From: an uncultured Candidatus Saccharibacteria bacterium
Lineage (GTDB): Bacteria > Patescibacteriota > Minisyncoccia > Phycocordibacterales > UBA918
NCBI GenBank assembly: GCA_964351645.1
Contig: CAYGOP010000001.1
Span: 1 to 38,469, forward strand
Direction: 5' to 3'
Length of the DNA stretch: 38,469 bases
Positions 1 to 7,273 of this stretch are shown here, in pieces. Each line of letters starts with the position of its first letter. Position 1 is the first letter of the stretch. The position numbers and the translations under genes were made by a program. The notes under the pieces were generated by a model, which saw only the letters and a program-made list of their open reading frames with translations, had not been told where the DNA came from and searched no databases.

Positions 1-417
1 GTCTTCACTGGTTGTCCGACGCCGGGCCACAAACCAGTCTTTGAGAATCACAAAAGCGCTAAACTCGTCATCCTCGTCAGGATACGCTTCCTGCAGAGCC
101 TTCATCAAGGCTGACTTGACTGCGCTGGCGTCCTGGTGGTTTTGCAGATGAGCCAATCCAGCTTTTGTTTCACCGGCAGTACCCTCAGCGTCTTTGTGGG
201 CTTGGGCAACTGACTCGTGCTCCCCCTTCAGGGTATGAAGCAGACAGAACAAATGACGGACTGCCATCGGCGCTTTGCCTTTGGCCAGTTCGGTACCTTC
301 CGGTGCCGTCACTGGTGCGTCAGGGTCGGGCTGGGTCACTTGTGTGCGAGAGTTTTTCGCTTCGGCAATGCGTTGCGAAATATCTTTCACTTCGGGTTCG
401 TTCACTCGTGCGTCCAT
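1..417 (-). CDS. hypothetical protein; only the N-terminal >=139 codons are present because the 3' end runs off the window
   Basis: Absent from the supplied track because it has no in-window stop. ATG at 417 on the minus strand stays open in frame to base 1 (MDARVNEPEVKDISQRIAEAKNSRTQ...). GAAGGAAA SD lies just upstream. The + strand ORFs 165..572, 217..420 and 275..457 are its antisense shadows. No family recognised. Confidence 0.5.
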   Translation of the reverse strand, partial: MDARVNEPEVKDISQRIAEAKNSRTQVTQPDPDAPVTAPEGTELAKGKAPMAVRHLFCLLHTLKGEHESVAQAHKDAEGTAGETKAGLAHLQNHQDASAVKSALMKALQEAYPDEDDEFSAFVILKDWFVARRRTTSED

Positions 418-450
418 TAGGATTTCCTTCTGTAAAGAACGTGGACGACT

Positions 451-479
451 ATTTTGAAACATATAATGAAATAAGTCAA
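451..479 (-). promoter_or_regulatory. sigma70-like promoter for ORF 1..417 (TTGACT-N17-CAAAAT) followed by a ~33 nt SD-containing leader
   Basis: Minus strand reads cTTGACTtatttcattatatgtttCAAAATagtcGTCCACGTTCtttacagAAGGAAAtcctaATG. The -10 is weak. Confidence 0.45.
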
Positions 480-520
480 GTATTTTACAAAAATGATGCT
501 GTGATTAAGGTGTGTAGAAT

Positions 521-550
521 AAAAAAGCTCGGGCACCAAGGTGCCCGAGC
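521..550 (-). terminator. rho-independent terminator of ORF 590..1090
   Basis: 10-bp perfect stem gctcgggcac/gtgcccgagc with loop caag. On the minus strand it is followed by a TTTTTT run (A-run 521-526 on plus). Confidence 0.8.
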
Positions 551-589
551 GTTGCTCAAAAATGAGCTTTAAAAAATAAGGAATGAGCC

Positions 590-1090
590 TTAGCGACGCC
601 GGCCTCCCATCATGGCAGCGAGAATGTCGGCACCATCACCGTCACCGCGTCCACTGAGAGCTGCCATCAAAGCTGCTTCGAGTCCGCCGTCCATCATATC
701 TTTTTCGGATTTAAGGGTGGCGGCAGCTTGCCAGTTTTCGAGGATGGCGCATCCGCCGTAGTCGCCGCTGTGAAGCTGCGGGAAGGCGTCGTACATCAAC
801 TGCCATTTGACTTCGCCGATCAATTCAAGCTTTTTCTTAATCGCTTTCAGTTGCGCTTCCAGTTCAGCTTCTTCCGGCGATCCATCGACGGTCTGCTGAT
901 ACCGATGGTGCAGAGCTCGGGCATCGTGGTTCATCTGGCCATCGATATTGTGCAAATGTTGTACCGCAATCGGCACTTCGCCAATCAGTACGTACTTGTC
1001 GGCATCGAATTCGATGCCGGCGATTTGCGAATCAGGTCCAGAAGTGGCTGTCAGAGCCGCGATAAGGGTTTGTTGGAACGTCTGAGTCAT
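590..1090 (-). CDS. hypothetical protein (166 aa), G+C-rich orphan
   Basis: Track ORF 590..1153 begins at a TTG inside the predicted -35 box. The internal ATG at 1090 (MTQTFQQTLIAALTATSG...) is preceded by an AAGGAAA SD. The C-terminus is Gly/Asp/Arg-rich (GRGDGDGADILAAMMGGRRR). No family recognised. Confidence 0.55.
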   Translation of the reverse strand: MTQTFQQTLIAALTATSGPDSQIAGIEFDADKYVLIGEVPIAVQHLHNIDGQMNHDARALHHRYQQTVDGSPEEAELEAQLKAIKKKLELIGEVKWQLMYDAFPQLHSGDYGGCAILENWQAAATLKSEKDMMDGGLEAALMAALSGRGDGDGADILAAMMGGRRR

Positions 1091-1124
1091 TCTGTTTTTC
1101 CTTTGTGAATGAACGTGGACCCAT

Positions 1125-1153
1125 AAGATACAACAACTAAATATAAAAGTCAA
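1125..1153 (-). promoter_or_regulatory. sigma70-like promoter for ORF 590..1090 (TTGACT-N17-TATCTT) with a 34 nt leader
   Basis: Minus strand reads aTTGACTtttatatttagttgttgTATCTTatggGTCCACGTTCattcacaAAGGAAAaacagaATG. Confidence 0.55.
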
Positions 1154-1166
1154 TAGTTTTTTAGTG

Positions 1167-1175
1167 TGGTATTCT
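1167..1175 (+). promoter_or_regulatory. extended -10 (TGgTATTCT) 7 nt upstream of the helicase ATG; predicted leaderless
   Basis: tgTGgTATTCTtagccgcATG. There is no SD between the element and ATG 1183. Confidence 0.55.
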
Positions 1176-1182
1176 TAGCCGC

Positions 1183-2892
1183 ATGACACAAGACAGAGCG
1201 CTAGATATTCTGAAAACCGGAGCAAATGTATTCTTAACTGGTGAACCAGGGGCGGGGAAGACCTACGTAATTAACAAGTATATTGCTTGGCTGGAAGCCG
1301 CTGGTTTGAATGTGGCTGTAACTGCTTCAACCGGGATTGCTGCGACTCATATCGGTGGAATGACCATTCACTCATGGAGCGGGGTGGGAATCAAAGACAT
1401 GCTCACTCCGTATGATTTAGAACAAATTTCCACCCGAGAAAAAATCGTAAAGCGGGCCAAAGCGGCGCATGTACTGGTGATTGATGAGATTTCCATGCTC
1501 GACGGCAAGGTGCTTGATATGGTGGACCAGGTATTGCGAACTGTGCGACAGTCAGAAGAATCGTTCGGTGGACTTCAGATAGTGTGCATTGGTGACTTCT
1601 TTCAGCTCCCACCGGTCACTCGGCAGGGCGACATGATGCGCTATGCCTTTGAGTGCAACGCGTGGCTGAATATGAAACCGCTCATTTGTTACATCACCGA
1701 ACAGTATCGCCAGGAAGATGAGACTCTCCTTGGTCTTTTGGGCTCAATTCGTCGCAATGAGATTGAAGAAGAGCACTACACACTCCTCTCTGAACAAACA
1801 GAAATTAAGTTTGAGCACATTGAGCCAACCAGACTGTACACCCACAACGCTGATGTGGATGCGGTAAACGCACAAAAGCTCGCTGAGCTACCTGGCTCAG
1901 TCAAGAAATTCCAGATGGAAGGGAAGGGAAAGAAGCCTTTAATTGAGGGTTTGGTTAAAAACTGTCTGTCTCCAGAATTACTGGTGCTCAAGGAAGACGC
2001 GATGGTGATGTGTACTAAAAACAACTTTGAGGCTGGGTATGTAAACGGCACCCTTGGACGAGTAGTGCGATTTGATGAAGGATATCCGGTGATTGAAACC
2101 ATGGAAGGAAAAGAGATTTTGATAAAAACCACCACTTGGGAACTGGCTGAAGATAAGAAGGTTTTGGCTTCGATTGAGCAATTGCCACTGCGACTAGCCT
2201 GGGCCATTACCGTGCATAAAAGTCAGGGGATGTCGCTTGATGCCGCGGAGATAGATTTGAGCAAAGCGTTTGTCTACGGGCAAGGCTATGTGGCGTTGTC
2301 ACGGGTTCGCTCGCTTGATGGGCTCAAGGTACTTGGGATGCATCCAAATGCGCTACAGGTCGACCCAAAGATTGTGATGCAGGACACGAAGTTTCATAAA
2401 GAATCTGAGTCAGCTGAAGATGCGTTTATTGCGATGGAAGATACAGAAGTCGCAGAGATGCATGAGCGCTTTGTGGTCGCTCACGGCGGGAAAGTCCCGT
2501 CTGATATTGAGGTGAGTGAAGCTAAGGTGGTGCTCAAGCGCGCGCAGGCTGAAACTACGTACGAACTCACGAAAGGTTTGTTGCTCGAAGGGAGAAGTGT
2601 GCGAGACATTTCTGATGCGAGAGATATGACAGAAACCACGATTTGGACGCATATTGAGAAACTGGTTCATGATGGGGATATTTTACTAGAGCATGTTGCA
2701 CACTTAGAACCGACAGATATTGATTGGCAAACTGCTCGAGAAATAATGGATGCGGCGATGGTGCAATACGGCACAGAAAAATTGAAACCTATTTATGAAG
2801 CGGCCGATGAGGAATATGACTATACGTGGGTGCGGTTAGCCCGAATTCAGTTTTTGCTAGAGGAGAAAGAGGCGGGTGAGGCACCGTTTTAA
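1183..2892 (+). CDS. PIF1/RecD-like superfamily 1 DNA helicase with a C-terminal helix-turn-helix domain
   Basis: Walker A GEPGAGKT, Walker B VLVIDEISML and FFQLPPV motifs. The ITVHKSQG/GQGYVALSR C-terminal helicase motifs are typical of PIF1/RecD (AAA_30/UvrD_C_2). The tail RSVRDISDARDMTETTIWTHIEKLV looks like an HTH. Confidence 0.85.
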   Translation: MTQDRALDILKTGANVFLTGEPGAGKTYVINKYIAWLEAAGLNVAVTASTGIAATHIGGMTIHSWSGVGIKDMLTPYDLEQISTREKIVKRAKAAHVLVIDEISMLDGKVLDMVDQVLRTVRQSEESFGGLQIVCIGDFFQLPPVTRQGDMMRYAFECNAWLNMKPLICYITEQYRQEDETLLGLLGSIRRNEIEEEHYTLLSEQTEIKFEHIEPTRLYTHNADVDAVNAQKLAELPGSVKKFQMEGKGKKPLIEGLVKNCLSPELLVLKEDAMVMCTKNNFEAGYVNGTLGRVVRFDEGYPVIETMEGKEILIKTTTWELAEDKKVLASIEQLPLRLAWAITVHKSQGMSLDAAEIDLSKAFVYGQGYVALSRVRSLDGLKVLGMHPNALQVDPKIVMQDTKFHKESESAEDAFIAMEDTEVAEMHERFVVAHGGKVPSDIEVSEAKVVLKRAQAETTYELTKGLLLEGRSVRDISDARDMTETTIWTHIEKLVHDGDILLEHVAHLEPTDIDWQTAREIMDAAMVQYGTEKLKPIYEAADEEYDYTWVRLARIQFLLEEKEAGEAPF

Positions 2893-2901
2893 TGATAGAA
2901 T
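2893..2901 (+). promoter_or_regulatory. extended -10 (TGaTAGAAT) 6 nt upstream of the tspO-like ATG; predicted leaderless
   Basis: aaTGaTAGAATagatatATG (ATG at 2908). Confidence 0.55.
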
Positions 2902-2907
2902 AGATAT

Positions 2908-3312
2908 ATGAGAGGCTTGCAAGAAGCACAAACATATGCAGAGTGGATTCAGCCGAGCTGGGCACCACCAGCTTGGTTGTTTGGTCCGGTGTGGACAGTG
3001 TTATACGCAGTGATTGCGATTAGTTTTGGGTATGTATTTTGGAAAGTGTTCCAAGGAGAAATTCCTAAGATGGTCGCGTTGCCGTTTGCGATAAATCTGA
3101 TTGCAAACGCCGCTTTTACTCCAGTGCAGTTTGGATTACAGAATTTACCTTTGGCCGCCATTGTGATAGTGATTGTCTTGGTGACTATTCCGTGGGCGAT
3201 GTGGGCTATTTGGCCGTATGCAAAATGGGTGGCTTACGCACAGATTTTGTATTTGTGCTGGGTGTTATTTGCGACTGTGCTACAGCTCACGATTACGTAT
3301 TTGAATTGGTAA
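2908..3312 (+). CDS. tspO: TspO/MBR family tryptophan-rich sensory protein, short form apparently lacking the first TM helix
   Basis: YAEWIQPSWAPPAWLFGPVWTVLY matches the TspO loop1/TM2 signature (WY..L.KP.W.PP.W.F..VW..LY). Trp-rich helices follow. Only 9 residues precede the signature. Confidence 0.8.
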   Translation: MRGLQEAQTYAEWIQPSWAPPAWLFGPVWTVLYAVIAISFGYVFWKVFQGEIPKMVALPFAINLIANAAFTPVQFGLQNLPLAAIVIVIVLVTIPWAMWAIWPYAKWVAYAQILYLCWVLFATVLQLTITYLNW

Positions 3313-3316
3313 GAGA

Positions 3317-3347
3317 AAAGGCCGGCCACGAATGTGGCCGGCCTTTT
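3317..3347. terminator. bidirectional stem-loop terminator between convergent genes
   Basis: aaaaggccggccac-gaat-gtggccggcctttt. T-run on plus, A-run (a T-run on minus) on the other side. Confidence 0.85.
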
Positions 3348-3348
3348 G

Positions 3349-3738
3349 TTATTGGCGTATCCCTCGGGGGTCTGTCAGTGTGAACAGTTCACCGAGGGTG
3401 CTCGGACTTGGTTTGTTGGGTTCTTTTCCGTCAACGAGCACTCGATGAAAGGTATTGATGCCTGCTTCCGCCCAAATTTCCAGAAACTTAGGGTAGTTTT
3501 CACTCAGAAGATCAAGGTGGGCAATTTTGACAACGCCATCTGAATCTTTTTCGACTGCTTCCATTTCGTAGCGGTCACGGAGTACGTTCCAGGTTACTTT
3601 GGCAGATGCTTTAAGTGGTTTGCCATCGAAACCGACCAGAGGCAGTATTTCATCATACTGTCCGGCAAAAGTGGGTGGGGTCCGATTTATCCACGCATCA
3701 TAGAGTTCAGCGAGGCGCTCTAGGTCAGGTTGTTTCAT
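3349..3738 (-). CDS. hypothetical protein (129 aa), G+C-rich orphan
   Basis: ATG at 3738 (MKQPDLERLAELYDAWINRTPP...) is preceded by an AGGAGG SD at 3747-3752. The longer track start at 3786 lies inside the promoter. No family recognised. Confidence 0.55.
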   Translation of the reverse strand: MKQPDLERLAELYDAWINRTPPTFAGQYDEILPLVGFDGKPLKASAKVTWNVLRDRYEMEAVEKDSDGVVKIAHLDLLSENYPKFLEIWAEAGINTFHRVLVDGKEPNKPSPSTLGELFTLTDPRGIRQ

Positions 3739-3758
3739 GCAAATGTCCTCCTGAGGAA

Positions 3759-3786
3759 AATATACTCTGGTAAGATAGGGAGTCAA
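3759..3786 (-). promoter_or_regulatory. sigma70-like promoter (TTGACT-N16-TATATT) for ORF 3349..3738 with a 20 nt SD leader
   Basis: Minus strand reads aTTGACTccctatcttaccagagTATATTttcctcAGGAGGacatttgcATG. It overlaps the divergent + strand promoter back-to-back. Confidence 0.55.
3768..3776 (+). promoter_or_regulatory. extended -10 (TGgTAAGAT) 11 nt upstream of ATG 3788
   Basis: cTGgTAAGATagggagtcaatATG. Confidence 0.45.
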
Positions 3787-3787
3787 T

Positions 3788-4213
3788 ATGTGGAGTTTTA
3801 GGAAGAAAAAACGGAGAGCTCGCGCGTCGAGTGTTACAAAGCACTACACTGAGCATAAGGAGCTCGCTCGTCAGCTCATTCACCAGCGAATTGAGCATTA
3901 CAATGCTCACTATAATTTTTCTTATAATAGAGTCGCGATTCGTAACCAGCGACGCTGTTGGGGAAGTTGCTCTTCTTTGAAGAACCTCAACTTCAACTAC
4001 AAGCTCTATTTTTTGCCTGAGCACCTACAGGACTACATTATTGTCCACGAATTATGTCATTTAGCAGAACTGAACCATGGTCAGCAGTTTTGGGACTTGG
4101 TGGCGCAAAAAATTCCAAATTACCCAGAGCATGTAGCTCAGCTGAAAGTCATTGATAGATTAGGTGGCTCTATACAGGCAATGGAGAGATTGCAAAAAGA
4201 ATTAGGCACCTAA
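3788..4213 (+). CDS. YgjP-like (DUF45/M48 family) zinc metallopeptidase, short form
   Basis: RCWGSCSS..NLNFNYKLYFLPEHLQDYIIVHELCHLAELNHGQQFW carries the DUF45 signature including HExxH. Confidence 0.8.
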   Translation: MWSFRKKKRRARASSVTKHYTEHKELARQLIHQRIEHYNAHYNFSYNRVAIRNQRRCWGSCSSLKNLNFNYKLYFLPEHLQDYIIVHELCHLAELNHGQQFWDLVAQKIPNYPEHVAQLKVIDRLGGSIQAMERLQKELGT

Positions 4214-4312
4214 AGCTGGGCAAAAAGGTTGTGTATAAGGTGTGGATAGCTTGGGTAAAAGTTTAGATTTGAGGAGTATATTTATAGTAATTAGCCTTTT
4301 TAATACAATAGT

Positions 4313-5812
4313 ATGAATCTACTCGCTTATTCACCTAAGAAATATCTGATTGCACTGTTGTGCGCTGGTGTCATCATCACTCCTTTTTTTGTAAAAGCGA
4401 CCATTGCAAATGATTTGGCAAGATTAGAAGCAGACTTGAATACAATTCAAACACTTGTTCGTACCTCTCCAAATTTATCTGAGGCAGGGAGAAACGTGCT
4501 CCGTTCTTCAATTGTGCAAATTCGCGATGAAATATCGTTAATGCGAGCCCTTGATACAACTGGAGTGACTGCAGAAATTATTATCGACTCAGCTGGTTTA
4601 CGAACAGAAATGGATATCATTACCTCTTCCGGTGTGCGACGATTGGAGTTTATTTTTGACTCTTCGTTCACTGGGAGAACCGACGCTGAATTTATAACTG
4701 CCAGTGTCGACCGAGCGGCGGCTGTGCTGAACTTAAGTGCTTCTACTCTTGCGTCGGGTGTACGTACCGTTGCTACCTTCTCCGGCATAACGGTCCCGGT
4801 AGCCCCAGCCCCAGCCCCAGCACCAGCACCAGCCCCAGCACCAGCCCCAGCACCAGCTGGTGTGGTGAGTACGGGTAGAGCCAATGTAGAAAAGATTCTT
4901 ATCACCGGAGGGGTGCCTGATTTTGAGACAAAGGTGGAAGTAGTATACGGTCCAGAAACAGTGGCTGGTGTTTCGTTTGACAGAGCAACGTTCACAAAAA
5001 GATATAACCTTACGCTTGATACTGGGAATGATTCAATGCCTAAGAAGATGCGTCAGCTAGTGCTCGACACCCAAGATAAGATTACTGAAGATTTTGGATT
5101 ATCTCGGACAAGAATTGAAGAGCTTGACACTGTTTCTATTGCACGCTACCGCGATGCAAGTGAAGTACCACAGATGTCATTAGCAGCTATTGCTGCAGCG
5201 AGTACAGATATAGAAGATTCAGCGGTGGCATATTTCGGTTTTTATTCTGTAATCACTTCAGTCGATGTTCAGGTAGGAGAAAATAACGCAAATATAACGT
5301 TCACTTCTGATCAGGACGAATCCCTTGCTTTCAACCTGTCACCAGAAATGTCAGGAGGCCGTCCTACAGGAAAACTTAATTTTAATTTCAGCTATGAAAA
5401 CTTCGGTGTCGTTACCGATGCGTCTGATGATTCTGGTTTCTCATATTCAGAATTTGTCGACACACTCGAGATCTACTTTGAGGATGTTGGGGTTGAATTT
5501 GGAGTAACTGATAGAGTCTTTGCCGAAGAGTTTGCTACCTATCTGGCACGTAACGATGCGAAGCTTATTGTTGATATTGATCGGAATTCATTTTTTACAC
5601 CTAGTCTCGATGCCTCTGTTTGTATGAGTGATAGGGAAGAAATGATTGTTGAGCATCTTATTGAATTTATGCTTGGCGGTGCGCAGTTCAGTACAACCAC
5701 TGAGGCTTTGGTTGAAACTTTTGCTGACACTATTATTACGTACAATTTCGATAGAGGGTCAAGAAGTACTTGTTACCCATCACCCAGATCTTACTTCCCA
5801 AGTCAGCCGTAG
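4313..5812 (+). CDS. membrane-anchored or secreted hypothetical protein with a (Pro-Ala)n linker
   Basis: N-terminal hydrophobic segment YLIALLCAGVIITPFFVKA, a PA repeat at residues ~164-182, and a ~300 aa C-terminal domain of unknown family. Confidence 0.7.
   Translation: MNLLAYSPKKYLIALLCAGVIITPFFVKATIANDLARLEADLNTIQTLVRTSPNLSEAGRNVLRSSIVQIRDEISLMRALDTTGVTAEIIIDSAGLRTEMDIITSSGVRRLEFIFDSSFTGRTDAEFITASVDRAAAVLNLSASTLASGVRTVATFSGITVPVAPAPAPAPAPAPAPAPAPAGVVSTGRANVEKILITGGVPDFETKVEVVYGPETVAGVSFDRATFTKRYNLTLDTGNDSMPKKMRQLVLDTQDKITEDFGLSRTRIEELDTVSIARYRDASEVPQMSLAAIAAASTDIEDSAVAYFGFYSVITSVDVQVGENNANITFTSDQDESLAFNLSPEMSGGRPTGKLNFNFSYENFGVVTDASDDSGFSYSEFVDTLEIYFEDVGVEFGVTDRVFAEEFATYLARNDAKLIVDIDRNSFFTPSLDASVCMSDREEMIVEHLIEFMLGGAQFSTTTEALVETFADTIITYNFDRGSRSTCYPSPRSYFPSQP
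4802..4858 (+). repeat. imperfect hexanucleotide tandem repeat (GCC/GCA-CCA) x ~9.5 encoding (AP)n
   Basis: gccccagccccagccccagcaccagcaccagccccagcaccagccccagcaccagct, in frame in CDS 4313..5812. Confidence 0.9.
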
Positions 5813-5835
5813 TGAAATCAAAACAGAAGCATATT

Positions 5836-5863
5836 TCAAAAAGCGCCTCCGGGTGCTTTTTGA
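5836..5863 (+). terminator. rho-independent terminator
   Basis: tcaaaaagcgcc-tccg-ggtgctttttga (one G:U pair) with a T-run. Confidence 0.7.
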
Positions 5864-5914
5864 AATATTTATTACTTACAGCAGTAGTAACTGGTATATA
5901 ATTTAATCACTATC

Positions 5915-7210
5915 ATGAATTTTCTCTCAGGACTTTTTCTCACCATCGCTACATTTTTTGGCTTCCAGACTGAATCAATGGACACGTCTCCGACTTTTAC
6001 TGAGACTGAAGTTGTAATTGAGTCTGACAGTACTATGCCAGCACCTGTTTCTACCGAAGGCACTTCTTCTATCGAGGTTGAGAACGAGAGCCGTACCGAT
6101 GGAAGCGAGGTGGTGCAGATGACAGGAGGTGTTGTCTCAACAGATGAGCGAGAATCTGTATCTTCCACAGCGCTTCTGCCTGACTTTAGAACGATGATTG
6201 TGGCTGGCGGCTGTTTTTGGTGCGTCGAGGCTGACTTAGAAAAACTTACAGGAGTCACGCAAGTAGTTTCTGGATATTCAGGTGGTACTACAGAGAATCC
6301 GACGTATAAAAACTATGGTACAGGCGGACATAGGGAAGTGGTGGAAGTAACCTATGATGCAAACCAGGTTTCGTTTGAAGATATTCTGATTGTCACAATG
6401 AAAACCACCGACCCGACAGATGATGACGGAACGTTTGCTGATCGAGGTGATAAGTACTCATCAGCCTTCTATTATGAAACAGATGAGCAGAAAGCCATTA
6501 TTGATAGCTTGATTCAGGAAGTGAATGAGTATGGTCCATACGATAAGCCGTTGGCTATAGATGTAGAGAAACGTGCTCCGTTTTGGGTTGCTGAGGATTC
6601 TCATCAAGATTATTACAAAGGAACACTCACTCAACTAAAATATCAATATTACCGTAGTGCGTCTGGGCGAAATGCCTTTATAGATAAGTACTGGGGTGCG
6701 AATGGTCATTCTATGGATTTGCCATGGAGGAGCTCATCTAGCAACAGCAATAATAAAACTTATATGTGGAGTAACTACCAAAAACCAGATACAGAAACCT
6801 TAAAAAACCAACTGGATGCCCTGGCGTATACAGTCACACAAGAAGATGGTACCGAGCGTGCAGGAACCAGTCCACTTGATAAAAATTGGGAAGAGGGGAT
6901 ATACGTTGATATTTTATCGGGTGAACCGTTGTATTCATCGAAGGATAAGTTTGATTCGGGAACCGGTTGGCCATCATTTGTAAAACCAATTACTCCAGAT
7001 GCGCTGACTTTGCACGAGGATAGAAAACTCTTCTCAGTACGAACAGAAACTCGATCAGCTATCGCTGATAATCACATCGGACACGTATTCAATGATGGTC
7101 CGGCCGACAGGGGAGGTCTGCGGTATTGTATGAATGGTGTGGCTCTAAAGTTTATTCCAAAGGCTGAAATGGAAGCCAAAGGATACGGAGATTTCTTGCA
7201 ATATATCTAG
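5915..7210 (+). CDS. msrAB: bifunctional peptide-methionine sulfoxide reductase MsrA-MsrB with an N-terminal membrane anchor and acidic Ser/Thr-rich linker
   Basis: MsrA motif GGCFWCVEA and MsrB motifs GWPSF and RYCMNG. The N-terminus MNFLSGLFLTIATFFGFQ is hydrophobic. TGgTATATAAT lies 12-14 nt upstream of the ATG. Confidence 0.9.
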   Translation: MNFLSGLFLTIATFFGFQTESMDTSPTFTETEVVIESDSTMPAPVSTEGTSSIEVENESRTDGSEVVQMTGGVVSTDERESVSSTALLPDFRTMIVAGGCFWCVEADLEKLTGVTQVVSGYSGGTTENPTYKNYGTGGHREVVEVTYDANQVSFEDILIVTMKTTDPTDDDGTFADRGDKYSSAFYYETDEQKAIIDSLIQEVNEYGPYDKPLAIDVEKRAPFWVAEDSHQDYYKGTLTQLKYQYYRSASGRNAFIDKYWGANGHSMDLPWRSSSSNSNNKTYMWSNYQKPDTETLKNQLDALAYTVTQEDGTERAGTSPLDKNWEEGIYVDILSGEPLYSSKDKFDSGTGWPSFVKPITPDALTLHEDRKLFSVRTETRSAIADNHIGHVFNDGPADRGGLRYCMNGVALKFIPKAEMEAKGYGDFLQYI

Positions 7211-7211
7211 A

Positions 7212-7247
7212 ACAAAGACGCTGAATTCATAGATTCAGCGTCTTTGT
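7212..7247 (+). terminator. rho-independent terminator after msrAB
   Basis: 15-bp stem acaaagacgctgaat/attcagcgtctttgt followed by T-rich sequence. It overlaps the track start at 7244, which argues for the 7274 start of the next gene. Confidence 0.8.
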
Positions 7248-7257
7248 GTTCATTTTG

Positions 7258-7266
7258 TGATAGCAT
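7258..7266 (+). promoter_or_regulatory. extended -10 (TGaTAGCAT) 7 nt upstream of ATG 7274; predicted leaderless
   Basis: tgTGaTAGCATatcaaacATG. Confidence 0.55.
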
Positions 7267-7273
7267 ATCAAAC

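Noticed and set aside
165-572. + strand ORFs of 135, 67 and 60 aa at the left edge
   Set aside because: They lie antisense to a better minus-strand ORF (1..417) that has an SD and an ATG. They start at TTG, read through the 521-550 terminator hairpin and the AT-rich promoter region, and have an odd, Arg/Cys/Leu-rich composition.
4802-4858. Possible CRISPR or other non-coding repeat array
   Set aside because: The period is only 6 nt with no spacers, and the repeat is in frame inside a CDS. It is a coding Pro-Ala low-complexity repeat, not a CRISPR array. I saw no repeat-spacer structure anywhere in the window.
4447-4995. 182-aa minus-strand ORF with a (GA)n stretch
   Set aside because: It is the mirror image of the (AP)n repeat and lies fully inside the convincing + strand CDS 4313..5812. 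It is a typical antisense shadow ORF.
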